From contig AP026139.1 in NCBI GenBank assembly GCA_030295235.1, positions 372,001 through 436,000 on the forward strand: DNA of 64,000 bases, written 5' to 3'. Of this stretch, positions 12,764-27,316 are shown piece after piece. The notes under the pieces are model-generated. The model was not told the DNA's origin. It ran no database searches and worked only from the letters and a program-made list of their open reading frames with translations. This DNA is from Fistulifera solaris. Lineage: Eukaryota. Every line of letters starts with the position of its first letter. Positions within the stretch are counted from its first letter, which is position 1. The position numbers and the translations under genes were made by a program.

Positions 12764-13237
12764 CTACGGTCGATCCTTTTGTCGCTCCAACTTGTTCAGA
12801 ATATCATGGACCATATTCTTCATGACAGGCTGACCATGTTTAGTTCTCTGAGTAAGCATTTTTGTTCGCTGCCTTCTCTCTCGTAGCCGATTCTTTCGTT
12901 CCTTTTCAGATTTCTCTTTCGCTATCTGGCTTTCTTCGATCCCTTTCTTTCGTTCTTCGGCTTGTTGAACTGGTTTTTGAAACATGTGTGTGCGTCTTTT
13001 TTTTGTTTCTAGTTCCGTCACTTCCGCTCCACGTTTCCGGCTCGCCCCTCTCCCAGGTTCATATCCTTCCTGTTTCATGACTTTCTGATAACTTCTCAAA
13101 GCCTTGGCTGTCTCCACTCGCTTCTTTTCCTGGCGTTCTCGGAATTCATCGAGCGCCTTTTTGACGCCTTTGCGGTGCGCAAAGTTGTCCAAGGCAACCA
13201 CAGCGGTACGGCGTTTTGGTTCTTCCGATTTGGGCAT
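12764..13237 (-). CDS. Basic coiled-coil protein, FYV7/TAP26(CCDC59)-like rRNA-processing family
   Basis: K/R/E-rich 157 aa ending in RTKHGQPVMKNMVHDILNKL, resembling the family's GQPxM motif. Confidence 0.6.
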   Translation of the reverse strand: MPKSEEPKRRTAVVALDNFAHRKGVKKALDEFRERQEKKRVETAKALRSYQKVMKQEGYEPGRGASRKRGAEVTELETKKRRTHMFQKPVQQAEERKKGIEESQIAKEKSEKERKNRLRERRQRTKMLTQRTKHGQPVMKNMVHDILNKLERQKDRP

Positions 13238-13640
13238 TGTTGATTTTCAGTAACTATGAACAACGAAAAGTGAACAGATGATGATTGTGTCTTTACTTCA
13301 AAATCATTTGTGTTTTGTTCTTTTGCGTTTTGCTGGTTCTTGTTGTGAGAGGTTTTCGCTTTGCGTTGACGGTGCAAGGACATACAATGTGGGACCTCAA
13401 ATTGATTCGGAGGGAGTCCGACCAATGAGAAGTCATTTTCATTATCCTTGACCCTCGTACATCTAGACTGGAACGTGCACGTGGTGCACGTTCTTGGCAA
13501 CGTTCTTGGACATGCGAAGAAGGCAAGCAATGAGATGAGGAGTAATACAGTGAACACGCCGCAAACATCTCGTTACAACAATATCGATCAGCACAACGCT
13601 ACCTGGCAGCGTCACATTCTCTCTATAATTAGTGTCAAGC

Positions 13641-15972
13641 ATGTCAGAAGAATCAACTCTGTTTGTATTATACGGGTCAGCGACGGGCAACGCCGAACAC
13701 ATCGCTAAAGATCTTGCCGCGAGACCCAACACATTATTTGACAAAGTTCTTTGTTTCGAACTCGATCAATTCAAACGAAAATGCCAACCTACTTGGGAAA
13801 AGAGACAATTACCAAACATGCTGTTTTGATAGTCACTTCCACTACAGGCAACGGTGATGCACCGGAGAACGCGTCGCGTTTTGTCCGATATATCAAGCGC
13901 AGTCAAACGGTCGATGAAAAACCATTTCGTCACGTCGCTTATGCCGTTCTAGGACTTGGTGATACTAACTACGATCAATTCTGTCAATGCGCCAAAGTGA
14001 TTGATAAGAAATTACTGGAATTAGGTGGTACTCGCATCAGGCCTTTAACGTGCGCTGATGAGGCCACTGGCCTGGAAGAGGTTGTCGAACCGTGGACTGA
14101 ACGAATTCTAGACGAGATTGCCGTTGCTTGCCGAGGGTCTAGTTGCAATATTGAAGAAGGAAATGAAGAATCGAAAGAAGCTATAGAAGAAAACGAAGTT
14201 GGTCAGCCATTAATTTTAGAGAACGGTGCTCGCGAGTTGACGTTTTCCGATGGCGTCGCGACGGTGCGCGCACTCTTGGGTTTGGAAAATAAATCGCAAC
14301 CCATCTGGATACCCGACGCAAAGTGTTTACCTTCACTCACTGCGAGTCGCTCTTGTGAGCTGTTTGTACCAAAGGAAGAGTCAACTGATTTTTCGTGTTC
14401 GGATTCCTTTACGACCACGAGTAGTTCAGGGCTGCACTACACTATGAAACATCCCTTTGAATCGAGTCCCTTGAAAGCACGTTATTTGACCAATACTTCG
14501 ACAAAAGCAGCTGAAGAAGCAACGTGCTTGCTTGAGTCTACAGAAACTAAAATGTTTTCGGATGAAAGCTTGCTGAAAGCCTCCAGAGTTATCGCATCTC
14601 AATTCTCGTTATCGCCTGAGGACGATTTTTGTACACAGGAGCAGCGTGATCGAAACGGAAAGCGAGTCATAGAGTTGTCGCTAGCTCTACCCGATGATTA
14701 CACGCTCGAATATGCCCCAGGTGACTCGTTGGGTCTGCTAGTCGAGAACACTCCAGAGACTGTACAGTTTGTTCTTGATATGCTTCAAAAGAATCATGGT
14801 ATTCATTCTAACCAACAAGTATCAATCGACGAGGGTAGAGCTGTTACTGTGGAGGAAGTAGCTCGTAGGCATTTTGATTTGTGCTCACCTGTCAAGAGTA
14901 AGAGAATACTTTTCGGCCTGTCCCAGTTCGCGACTGACGAGGCGGAAAGGGTGGCTTTGCAGTTTTTGTCATCAAAAACTACCGAGGGTGATGAAATTTT
15001 CAAGTCGTTTATAGACGAACAGCGCTTGAACGTTGTTGATCTTCTACGCGAGTTTCCTTCGACACAAGGAGTTTCAATGCAGGGATTGTTCGGGATGTTG
15101 CCGGCCCTACCACCTCGTTATTACTCTGTGAGTTCCAGTCCTTTGAAGAACTCCACGACCGTAACCATTGCTTTTTCCGTCGTAGATTATATAACTCCGT
15201 CATTGAAGATTTGTGGAAGAGAACGAGGATTACGACGAATCGGAGGGGTTGCTACAAGATTTTTGGAAACAATTTGTTCGCCCTTGCTTTGTTCGTCAGA
15301 CAAATTTCCATCAGATGAAATCAGCCTCAAGATCTTCCCGAAGCCGACAGCTGAATTCCGCATGCCCAAAACTCTTTCTACACCGCTCATACTCATTGGT
15401 CCGGGAACGGGTATAGCCCCCTTTATGGGATTTTTGGCTCATCGGCGCGCGCTAACCCAATTGTCGGAAGGTCACGCTACTTTGGCGGCGCAAACTGTGG
15501 TTGAGGGCATGTGGCGTGGAGGATACGACGTCATGGAGAAGGATTTATCCATACACAGTACACACGATTTGTTGGATTCCGTTCCCAGAGAGAGAAAGAA
15601 TCATGTTGGTTCTGTAGATCTTTTCTTCGGCTGCCGTCATGCGGATCATGATTGGTTATACCGAAAAGAAATGGAAGACTTGCTCGATGAAAAGATTCTA
15701 TCCGCGCTACACACTGCTTTTTCTCGTGACGGACCCAATAAAGTCTACGTACAGGACAAATTCTTTGAAGGTGAAAACTCGGAACGACTGCTGACCTTGA
15801 TCACTGAGCAAAACGCATCAATCTATGTCTGTGGAGACGGAAACGCCATGGCGAGAGACGTCAAGAACGCTATTGTAAAACTTTTGAGACAAAAATGGGC
15901 GTCGAAGACGCCTCAAGTTATTTAGAAGCTATGAAGAAGCAGAATCGGTTTGTCCTTGACATTTGGAGCTGA
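13641..15972 (+). CDS. MTRR: Diflavin reductase, most likely methionine synthase reductase; frameshifts near 13800 and 15893
   Basis: LYGSATGNAE, STTGNGDAPEN, LGLGDTNYDQFC, ADEATGLE (FMN domain); PRYYSVSS, IGPGTGIAPF, LFFGCRH, AFSR, KVYVQD, YVCGDG; ends FVLDIWS*; no N-terminal membrane anchor. Confidence 0.8.
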
Positions 15973-16048
15973 GGATTAGGCCTTCAATGCTAAGACTAAA
16001 AATCTACTTATTCTCTACAATATCATCTCGACATCAAAGTAAATTCCT

Positions 16049-16575
16049 CTAGACCAAATCATGATCGGGCGCACCTTTGTCATTGATGGTGTGCCACTCG
16101 CCCTCTGCTGCCTTTTCAAGTGTTAAGATGATACGGTTTGGCTTCAAGCGAAACGATGCGCTTGTAATATCGCCAGAAAGTTTTCCAAAACTAAGGCATT
16201 GATCTTCCGTCTTAAAGTTTCGCACTACAAGCGAAAGGGAATGATTCGTAAATTCTAGTGAAATATCGTCAGTGGTGCACTTTTCCCCTATTCCTTCCAT
16301 ATCAATAAAAGTTTCACTTTCATCCCATCATCCAGAAACGCGTACTTGGTAATGTTGCTTTTGTGGTAGTGAAAGGATGAAGTAGCGGTAGCGGGTTGGC
16401 TACCACTCGAAGATTGCTTGGATAGGAGGCGCGGTTCTGCTTTCCCATCCCATGATGGGCCATGTGCCTTGTGAGAATGTGCAAAGTAATAGGCGTTCTT
16501 GCCCTTTCGCTCAATATTTTCCTGCAAAGCCGATTTCCTGTGTTCCTGTTCACTTGAGGCAACTTGTTCCGTCAT
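16049..16575 (-). CDS. CS (p23/SGT1-like) domain co-chaperone; frameshift near 16290
   Basis: NIERKGKNAYYFAH N-terminus; ITKYAFLDDGMKVKL...FRLKPNRIILTLEKAAEGEWHT fits a CS fold. Confidence 0.7.
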
Positions 16576-16978
16576 GGCTTCTTTTTTTCTCTTATCGAAC
16601 GGTAAGAATTATGACTCACGGCGAAGATTATCGATGGCGGAGACCAACGAGCTGGTGATGATGGTCATTGTGGTGTTTACCGAATTTTTCTCGCTATGTG
16701 GGAGAAAAGGAACAACAGCGTGACGTAGACCGCTTACACGTGTCAGAACGTGTGGAAACCGCTTCGACATCAGGTGCGAAGCTAAGGAGCTTCGAAAAGT
16801 AGTCGGACCAGACGTACCTTTAGCTAAAATATTACCGATCGACACTGATGGTCTACGATTGATCTAGATGAGAGAAACAAATAAAGTGGATGTGCAAAGA
16901 CTCTCCCGAGCTCCAACTCCTTCCAACGACAACATGGAACACGTAGTTGCAAGCATTGACTAGTAGGAATTTAGCGTA

Positions 16979-18519
16979 TTAGTCTAATGCGTGCACACCA
17001 TTATCTTCTTCCTCTTGAAGTTCGTGTACGAGCTCATCCTGCGAATCCAAGTCGTTTCTGTAGGCGAGGCGGTCCGTCCCCTTCGCCATTGTGTGGCTGT
17101 CTCTTTGCGATAGCGAAAGCACTCTAGCGAAACCCACTATTGAAGCAACGCAGGTACCGATCACGATACAACCAAAACGTCCAATATCATGGTAGGTACC
17201 ATCTTGATAAGCAACACAAAATGACCCAACTGACGTCGTGCTTGGTACGCAAGCGAGTCGACTCATTAGAATGTAGGCAACGGAACCAGCTAAACCATTC
17301 TGCAACGTGATATTTGTGAAAGCAGCATCCGTTTCTCTTGGAAAGAGATCAGCAAATACGGCCTTTAACGGACCTTCGAATGTAGCACGACCCACGCCGT
17401 GAATAGAGTAGATGAACAAAACGTGCCCCCACCCCCAATTCTTCTCGACATCCGGTTCAACAAAAACGGCACGGCCACAAACGCAAATGCCAACGAGCCT
17501 AGAAATAGCGCAGGTGCTTTGGAGGTCATTCGAGAATAGCACAATGATACAAGAGCTGCTGTTACGCCGTGAATCGCGACAAGAACACCCACGAAGGAAG
17601 TGTCGTGAAAAACTTTGGGGATTACTTGACCCGAAATGAACGAGTTCAGGTACGCACCAGCAAATCCAAAAGCAGCATTGAAGCCAATCATGTATTTGGT
17701 GCGAGAATCTGTGATTAAGAGATTCACCGCTCCCAACGCCTTCGAGCAGCCCGTATTCTGTCTATTTTCTAGAGCATGTCTTGGATAGATTGGGACTGTC
17801 GTGGCACAACATATTGCAATGATTGTTAGAATTGTGTAGAGCAGAAAAACAAGAGCCCATGGTACCCCCACTTTCACCAAAATTGTTGCAAGAACGTCAA
17901 CAAGAGTCTCTTCCACTAAAAAGGAAAAAGCGAATACACCTGCCAATAAGCTAGTTGACTCTTCGATCGTCCGTCCACTTTGTTCGCAATGGACTTGCGC
18001 AGCTTCTGCAAAATAGACACCTTGGGCGGTCCAAAAAACCGATGCACCGATGCCGCCGAGACAGGCCCCCAACCACGCCGAGATTTCAGCGGAACCTTTG
18101 GAGGTGTGTACGAGCATGGAAGCCATCCAAAACAAAGCGATGTAACCACCAAAGAGAATTTGTCCCAAGACTATAGCACCACGGGAACCTATTCTTTGAA
18201 TTAGGAAGGTTGTTGCGCCGATGAAGGAAAACAAAGTATACGTTGCGTAGAGAATTCCGCTTTGCCGGGATCCGATGGTCCCCAGTTGAGCTGTTGCCAG
18301 AGCGAGACAGGCTAGCGCACATGCTGGTACCGCCGCGCAATATATGGAGAAACGAACGAATTGATAGTAGACATGTTCACTTTTTGACCACCGGTGGTCT
18401 TCCGAGTCAATGGAAAGTGTTTCCAGTGGAAGCCACTCGAGTTCCGTTGTGTTCCTTTCGTCTTCCACTTGCAATGAGCACCGAGCAGTCATTCGCACGA
18501 GATGACTGTGAACAGACAA
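16979..18519 (-). CDS. UNC-93-like MFS membrane protein; frameshift near 17460
   Basis: GACLGGIGASVFWTAQGVYF motif, about 10-12 hydrophobic helices, HGVGRATFEG. Confidence 0.75.
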
Positions 18520-18805
18520 TTGCGATAATACTCGACATCAGCAGGTTTGACGGTTTTTAAAAATAAAATTTTGAAAAGTAATTGCGGCATTGATACCAGG
18601 GTACTTGCTATGCGATAAAAGATTTGTCGAAGCAAAACAGCAAAACGCAAAACCTATTTTGCCCTTTTCTATTTAACCTTAAGTGCTTACATTCGAGCTG
18701 TGAAACTCGTAAGGTTACTATTATCACGAGTTCTTTTCATGAATATCATTGTGTGGCTGTGAATCATAGCGTAATAGGAAGAAACGTACAACCAGAGTTG
18801 CTTTT

Positions 18806-21800
18806 TTAGACAAAGCTGTGACTTTGCAAGGTGGATGCGCCGTGAATGTTTGCATCCGCCAGACTTGAACCAGATAAAGTGAGCGTACCGCATTCTTCTC
18901 CTGCCAAGATCCAAAACAAGTTTTGCGGTCCCGCACTTTGCAGTTGATCATCCCACCATCGGTTGATCAGCTTCCGTTCCTGTTGATTCATCGATTTCAA
19001 ACGTACTGTAGCTCCGCTATCCTGGTAAACTTCCTCCCCGTCATCGGATATCGACTCGGTCGGACCGCCATCGGGCGAACCAAGTTGCGCCGCTGGGAAT
19101 GGTTGCTCTGGGCGCGCTCTAGGATTTGACCGTAAACAAGGTTGAAGATAAGCATTCTGAAACGGGTCGTGACAACCAATTAGCGTCCCAAGATCGCCTG
19201 CTTGTCGTGGAGAACGAGGGTCGCGCGCTTTTGTATTTTGCTGCTGTTCTTCCTGTTGCAAGCTGATATCCATGACAGTCGCAACTTCCAACGGAAGTGT
19301 TGAGCTCGTAGCATCGTACCTCGCTCGAGTCGAGCGAAGGAAAGTGTATGTTAGGAAGATCAAAAATATTGTTGCGTAGGCCTCATGCTTTGCACCTTTC
19401 AGAATGAATTGTCCTGTAATGGTCATTTGAGCAATGACGAGACCAAAGACAAATCTTCGAAAAATTTTGGGCCAAAACTGCCCGCCGCTCTCGAAAACGC
19501 TTTCATAAACATAGAGGTGGTGATGAGTCCACATGATACGCGAAAAAAGGCAAAAAAGAATGCATGGTAACAGTACCAATGGTGCAACGACGGCAAAGAC
19601 GACACTGATGACCACAACCAACATGTCTTGAGCCAAGATCTTATGAAACGGGAACCAGCCAGGATCGTCAATTGACCTACAACCCAGAAAAGGGTCGCGT
19701 CGAGCCCGCAGTGTAGCGGATGGGAACACGATGTAGCGCGCTGCGGCCTGCAAGAGGGCCACCAATCGAACCAGTTCCATACCGAGTCCGAGAAAAGTCT
19801 TGATTGTAACAAACGTGATGAAAAACGAAGATAAATGAGGAAGTGCGTTTCCAAGACGCAGAAACGCTGATTCCGGGTTGACGACAATCAGGGCAACTGT
19901 ATCAAAAATGGTAGATGAGATGGTCGTTACCAAAAAAACATTAAGAACTTGAAAGAAAAAGTATCTTGAAAACGCCCGCATTTGAACTTCGCTGTACGAA
20001 GTCATGCCTTCCATTCTGCCTATAGCCATGAATAAAGGGGGCTGAAGTTGCTGGAGTCCCACGATGCACAGGGGTTGCACCATTTGAATACCAGCAGAAA
20101 ACAGAGCTGAAGCACCATGAAGCTGGGCGAGTCGCGGAGAGGAAGTGACCAATGCCTTTTCGCTGACAAACATCGAAACAATAGCAACTGGTACCACATA
20201 AAAGCAAATGATAAGATACACAAGGAAGTCGCCAAGGATAGAACGTGTTCGATGCGCTCCTTTGGACACGTAGATGTTTTCCCATAACACGTCTCGTGGT
20301 TCGGGGGCTGTCGTAACTTGCATAGATCCAGGCTTGGAAGAGTGCATGGATTGGATTGCGACTGTTGCTGCAGTAAACGTTCTCATTACAACAAATGCTT
20401 TGTCGGTTACTTCATTGATGTGATCTTCGATTTTGTCTTGATTCGTGGATTCTCCTGTAGACAAGATAGGTCTCCCCAAGAAGGACATATCTTTGTTAAA
20501 TCGCCCGTACCGTTTTAGAGCTTGTTTCGCATTCGCCAAGGAATTGATTTTTGCTTTTTTGCTCGAATCTGGCTTCACAGCGTATATTCCTTTGCTTTCC
20601 ATTTCTAAGTCGGCCGGGCTTCTCGACCTCAAGCGGCTGACAACGTTTTCATCTGGTAACATGGAATACGTGGCTGATGTGTCTACTTCGTCGGCTTGCC
20701 CTTCGTTCCCTTCTTCTATGGTTGCTGGAGTGCCTTTCTGTGGTAAGCCCAAAAGTCTTCGTTGTTTCGGATCATCCGTGACGAACGGCGACGCTAAAAC
20801 GTAGTCGATATCGTTTGCGCCTTCACCTGCTTCCATCTTATCCAGCATCTTCATCACGCGACTACGCCGCCTTTGTTCTCTTTCAATCTCATTGTTGAGT
20901 TCCTCCAATTGCGAGTATAGTCTCACCAGTCGTTCCTGGGTACCTTCCGCGACGCCACATTCCTCCAGTCGACTCGGTAGCGTGGCCAAGAATTTCTTCC
21001 ACATTGATGGCTCGTATAACTTCTTCTTTTCATTCCGACACAAGAGTAGCAGCTCGTGTTCCAAGCTTGCCAGAATGGCGGTCCTTTGTTGGACCAAGCG
21101 CTCCAAATCTGTACAATTTTGGCACATAAAAACGGACCGTACAGCATCTGGATATACGTGCTTAAAGTAATTCGTGATTTTCTTCGGCGATCGCAAATGA
21201 CGGGGAATATTGGTTACCAACACAGTCCGCAAGTGCGGTTCTCGATTGAGTAAATACAGGTGTCGAATTGAGTTAAATGTTTCATATTCGACTAAAAGTT
21301 CCCTCACCACGATACCGGTCAGCAAGTAGGCCGCGAAACAATGCACCCACAGACGCGGAGATCCCGCACTGACGTTGGCCATGGTGAAACGCATGAAATC
21401 GGTGACTAAAATTTTCCCCACGTGCAGATCGAGAACATTGCTGCCCGTGTAATTGAGCGGCAACAAGACCACAAATGAAAACACCGACATTTTGACGATA
21501 CATCGCAGTGCGAGTCTATGAAAGCGAAGAAAAATGAGGGAATCGTAGCCAATTCGGTTGATAATTTCCTCGTCGGAGAGGAAAAGCATGACTCGGACCC
21601 AGCTCAAGTAGCCCTCCACTGGAAGAGGGGGGAGGTACAAGTTTGGGAAGGCGGTGTCTCCGTGGTGATATGAAGAGGGGAGAGGTCTTTTGACTGTGGT
21701 AGAAGCAGGATAAGAAGATTAAGAAAACCGCTGACAGAGTCAGATAAAGCATCAATAGCGTCGCAAACGTCATGCTCGTAGCCCGGTAGGAACTTTCTGA

Positions 21801-22043
21801 GATGTATTCATTGGTAATATAGTCTGGTAATAAGGATAGTCTTCTATGTTCTATGGAAATACGCGGGTTCATCGCGAACGCTTTCTGCTCTTCTTCAACA
21901 GGGCCAAATGCTGCGACAATAAGCGGCTCGAACGTTTGCATAAATAGCCGTTTTCGAAAGTCGACAAAATGGATCATCCATTGTGGGGCTGATGCGCTGT
22001 CTGTGTTCTTCATCAACACATCGTTTAACCAGTACGAGTCCAT
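18806..22043 (-). CDS. OSCA/TMEM63/CSC1 mechano-/osmo-sensitive cation channel; frameshift near 21625
   Basis: IGYDSLIFLRF, FTMANV, RTVLVTNIP, AFVVM, APEPRDVLWEN, SFFITFV, YVYESVFESGGQFWP. Confidence 0.9.
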
Positions 22044-22457
22044 GTTTACAAGTCAAGACCGAGCGCGCCGGAAACACTGTTATAGTCAAATGCAGTGAAA
22101 GAGATAAAGGGTAAGAAGTTAAGTGGCAAGTCGACGGCAAGAATGTTTGCGCCCCATGCGCTTTTTTTCATCTTTCACTTTTTGCAACGTCTGTACATCC
22201 ATCAGTCGGTGCCTTCCAATGATCCGGTACTCCAACAAGTTGTTTTGCAGCGTCATCGCGTCAATCTACAACGGATAGTCCAACAGACACATCGGCCACT
22301 GCTAGATTGATAGTAGAAGGTGCGTGAAAAATTGGAGCCGGACGAAGGACGTGCTGAGGTGATTACTAGAAATACGTAGTAAATTAAAAAAAAGTTGGAA
22401 AATCGTGTCAAGAGTCAAGAAACAATCAACTCCAACTAGAACCACAAACAAAAGTCA

Positions 22458-24210
22458 ATGATTGGCAAGTCTTCTGCATCAGTTGTCGCGATGCCAATTA
22501 TAAACTTCGCAACATTCGTTCTCCTTTGGTTGGCTAGGATGGTTGCCGGGCAAAAGTCCCCGGAAGACTTCCGCATTCACGGTCTTGCCAACATTGAGCC
22601 GGCGTTTGCATCGGTGGACGGAAATATGTTCTCCGGGTTGATCTCGGCAAGGGAGAATTCGGATGCCGAATTGTTCTTTTGGCTAATCACAAACGATCGC
22701 TCTGATTCGCTTGTTATCTGGTTCAATGGCGGCCCGGGTTGTAGTAGCATTGATGCCGGCTTTTTTCTTTGAAATGGGCCCCGTCACAACGCCATTACAC
22801 CCCGCCGGTTATGACAACTTAGACCGGGGTAACGAAGCACCACTCAAGTATAACAAGTATACATGGGCTAATGTATCCAACATCATGTACATTGAACAAC
22901 CAGTCGGTGTCGGGTACACCCATGGGAGCCCGAAACCCCATAATGAAGATGAAGTCGCCGCCGATTTTTACCGATTCCTGCAAAATTTCTTTGATATATT
23001 CCCCAAAATGCGCAAACAACGTCTCTTTTTGGTCGGAGAATCGTATGCGGGTATGTATGTTCCGTCCATGGCTCATTACATTCACGAAAAAGCCACGAGT
23101 GACGACCCGAAAATCAATCTAAAAGGAATTGCCCTTGGGAACGGTTGGGTGGATGCCGTCAAACAAGGTCCTTTGGTGATTGATTATGCTTGGTGGCACG
23201 GAATGATCGATACCGTATACAGAGATGCTTTATGGAGTGCTTGGGCGGATTGTGTCAACGGGTCGATATCTTCTCCGTTTCATAAGTTCACGGTTCCCGA
23301 TGAATGTGGTATTATGGGAGCCGTGTTGGAGGCCGCCGGTGCGAAAGATGGGCAGTCGCCAAACACCTACGACGTGACAACATGGGACACGTATCCGGTT
23401 TTGACAAGTGACACTGGGTACGTATTTTTGCGGAACGAGTGTGCTCGACTTCAACGACTCACACACCAATGCATTGTTGGACCAAAGAACTTTTGCCAAA
23501 TTTTTGAACCGACCCGAAGTCAAGGAAGCCCTTAACGTTGGTCATGTAAAGAAAGAGTGGATGGGTTGCATACCTGGGGCCGGTAGAAGGAAGCTCGGCT
23601 TACTAGACAATGACAGACCTCTCTCCATGGCGCGGTACATGGCAGATCTTTTAGACAAGACTGATATCGATGTGTTGGTGTACAATGGAGATGACGACAT
23701 GAGTACATGCTCCCAAGGTAGTGAACTCTTCCTAAATGATATGGAATGGTCAGGGCAGTCCGATTGGTTGGATCCCTCCACGTACTCGAGGGGCCTATGG
23801 AAGGTAAACGGAAAGGTGGCGGGTCACGCCAAATCCGTGAGAAATTTGCATTTTCTGGTGGTATATAACAGGTACGAACGGAGATCTTGCGTTGGAATAG
23901 TATCTACAGTCTCTCACACTTTTCATTTCTCCGCAGCGGGCACATGGTACCCTATAATCAACCGGTCAATTCTTACGATTTAATAACGAGATTCACAAGA
24001 GGACGCCCTGATTACATTGATCAAGAGATTCCTTTCACATTGGATCACTATCGTGGATCAGGCAAGCAAATAGTGCCTACACCTCCTGGTCAGCCCATGT
24101 CGCACCTTGTTTCGGCAGCCGTAGGATGTTTGTTTGGTGTCATGATTATGTGGATGAAGACGAAGCGCAGCAAGCAGCAGGGATACGATCCGGTCCCTAC
24201 TCACTTCTAA
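22458..24210 (+). CDS. Serine carboxypeptidase (S10) with signal peptide and C-terminal TM; introns about 23418-23487 and 23872-23935; frameshift near 22765
   Basis: WFNGGPGCSS, EQPVGVGY, GESYAG (catalytic Ser), YNGDDD, SGHMVP (catalytic His). Confidence 0.92.
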
Positions 24211-24606
24211 AAGACTTTTGTCTTGTTTGTGTGAAACTATACTTGATTATCATTAACGTATGTCTCGGGTTTCGGGTCCTGTCGTCACAAGCAAATAATT
24301 TCATCATTTTTAAAACTTACAGTTCGTACCCGATATGATATGCTTATCGCTTCTATTCGCGATGCTGTTTGTATAAGGATATCCTTTTCTCGTTCTCACT
24401 CCTTCTCCACTTATTTGGAAGCAACATTAAAAGTAGCACGCTCACTTAATTTTTTAGAGGGCGAATGAATTAGTAAAAATAGCCACTCACCAAGCGTAAG
24501 TGAGTGAGCAGTGGCACCTGTTACGGATTGTGTCGTTCACGGAATTCAACGGATTTGGGATATGATAGAAAGCAGCTGACACAAATTACCTGTAGCTTGC
24601 ATTCAA

Positions 24607-26542
24607 TCACTTTGTCATCCATGCCGGCAAGTTTGAGACCCTACGTTGGCTAGTCTCACGTGCTTCAGGAGTAGCCTGTTGAACCGAAACCGGAGCAGGA
24701 CTGGGAGAAGGAGCTGACACAGCAGCTGGTGCTTGAACAATATTAGGATTTACACCGTAAGGGTTGGGTGTACCTACCGGAGGTGACCAAGCACCGTAGT
24801 GCTGACGGGCAGCGTCTTCGCCGTAGTAATAGCTGTATCGAAAGAATTCTTCATAGTACGCATCTGGTGCTGGGTGCTGAGGGGTTGGCGCGGCCACTAC
24901 TTGTTGCTGTTGAGAAGGATAGTGTTGTTGCTGGTGACCCTGTGTGTATTGTTCTTGGGCGGCTAACTGCGCAGCATGATACGCCAACCACTCCGCAGAA
25001 TACTGCTCCTCGCCTTGCCGACCGTAGCTTTGAAAGGTCCCTGACATGACCGGGGCGGATGATTGTGCTTCTATGATCGACGCAATCATCTGTTGCACCG
25101 TCTCACACCCTTTTGCTACCCGAAACTGTAGCGATTCGAAACGTTTCGCCGGGGGTTGGATAGGAAGGGATTTGAATCCGACTGCCGCTCTTACCTTGCA
25201 TCTCGCGAATAACACAGCCTTGCCGTCCTATGCACAAGCCTACGTCTTTGTCGGGAATCTGCAGAACTGTGTCAGTTTCGAGAACAAGTGACCTGTACTA
25301 GTTTGCAAAACCGGCTTACTACTCACCTGTATTTGAATTGTAATTTGTTCTTCACCACTTCCGTAGCTGGGCATGTTCTTTAGCAAACTTTCGATTCTTT
25401 CTTTGGCAGCCAAAGCGCCAGCTTTGTCGGCATGCGTAATACTAATGGTTCTTTTTGTCGCATCATTGACATCCGCCGACGGTGGTACTTGAATATTGGC
25501 ACCCGTTTGCTCCTGAATTGCCTTGATCGTAGCTCCACCCTTGCCAATGATCAAACCAACATCCGCATCGGGAACTTGTACTGTCACCAACGCGTGACCA
25601 GCGTCCAAAGCTTCCTTCAACAGACGCTCATCTTTACTCAACGATACACCAAAGGCCGATGCTTTTTCACGAACCATTTTCATGATTATTTCTCGACATT
25701 CGTCAATCGCCTGTTGCGTCGGTGCCGATAACGTAATCGTTCGCTGCGTTTGCCCTGGCTGCAGTTCGTGCTCCTTTTGAATCTGAACTTTGGCTCCGGT
25801 GCGAGCCTGCATGGAGGCAATATTTTCTCCACCGCGCCCGATAATGAATCCGACGACTCCATTGGGTACCAATACATCTTCATCGATCCAATCACCGCCG
25901 TCTGTCGGCAGATTCGCTTGTCCAATCAATTGCGCAACCGAAGCGGGTCGATACGATGACGATGCAGCAGTCCCGACCACCGCCAAGGCGCGACTTTGGT
26001 CGACGATGGCATCCGGATCTTCGGGAGGTACCAAGGGAGGTTCCTGTTCTGCTTGCTGGAGCAATACATCGAGTGACAAATCCACTTGATCGATGAGAGT
26101 CTTGTCACTCCCCGATATGACAATGTGCAATGGCTGCTCGGGAACTCCCGGCAATGGTGGTTTATCGGAGGCCCCTCGTCCCTGTAGTTCCACAGTAACA
26201 CCCGGATAATGCAATTTATCTTCCAAAAAAAAGCCGAAAGTGTTTGGGAGGCCGTTCTCGGGTGGTCTTGATCCATATTCGTTTTTGAATAATCGTTTCG
26301 TCGGCTGTTGCCTCGTTCGGTTTGTTTTGTACCGTCGACGAGAGCTTGGCAGCTACGAGTCGTGCCATTTCCAGCGGAGCTTGTGGTTCCTCCGCCGTCA
26401 AACCCCAACGACTGCGTTTCCGAGACGACGATGATCCTTCGGAGGACGATACGGCGGTCGAAGTATCCGCGCCGGTGAGGCGTGCTGCGATCATCTTGGC
26501 TCGTTCCAGTGCTTCTTCCGCTGATACTTTCGGGTCTGACAT
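24607..26542 (-). CDS. Multi-KH RNA-binding protein (FUBP/KSRP-like), one intron and frameshifts
   Basis: VGFIIGRGGE, VGLIIGKGGA and (after the intron) VGLCIGRQGC GxxG loops; RKRSRWG; Tyr-rich YSAEWLAY C-terminal motif. Confidence 0.85.
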
Positions 26543-26931
26543 TATGAAGAGCTCAAAAGGAGTCCGTTCTTGTTTATTATTCGAATTTTATTGTGAACTA
26601 TAATGTAATCATCGAGGAAAGAAGCATGGGTCCTTTTTTTTGTGGGCATCAATGCATTTGCTTGGCTTTTCGACGTCAGAGGAACGGCCACGTAGCTTAT
26701 AGTACTAATGTGGTCTGTAATGGTATCGGTACCTGGTACCCCATTATTCTTTATGATTGCGCGCGCGGCTTCTCGAAAGGGAAACATGAACGTTCAATCA
26801 TCGACTTCAAACATAAAGGATCAGTTCAATTGTATTTTTTCACCGTACCAACCTCTTTCACGTCCATTTTATACTTTATTGTACTTATCAAAGCGTTTCA
26901 TTGTTTCAAAAAAAGAAGAGATTACGGGAAT

Positions 26932-27316
26932 ATGTCGGTAAGTGAGTTGTAATCAAAAGCGTTATCTTGGGGGCCGCCTCTGAATGACATCGTATTATTT
27001 CCATTTTTCGGGTCATGGCTACAAGGAATCGGTCGAGATGCTCGAAAAACGAATTCAAGCCTTGGAAGTGGGATCGCAATACGAATCGACCAAACAAGCG
27101 GTCCAAAACGCCGAAAAGCAACATCTAGAAACACTTCGTCAGATCAAGGCGGCTCTTTTGAACGAAACGGGAAGCTCATCCTCGAAGGAGGTAGAACGAT
27201 TGATGAAAGAAAATGAAGAATTAAAAAAGAAGAATGCAAAGCTGGAGTATCGTGTCAATCACATGGCAACCTGTATGGAAGAGCTCTATGAGCGGAATAA
27301 GCAACTTCGTGCGTAA
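26932..27316 (+). CDS. Small coiled-coil protein; intron 26938-27025
   Basis: ATGTCG|GTAAGT ... ACAAG|GAATCG gives MS-ESVEMLEKRIQALE; heptad pattern. Confidence 0.7.
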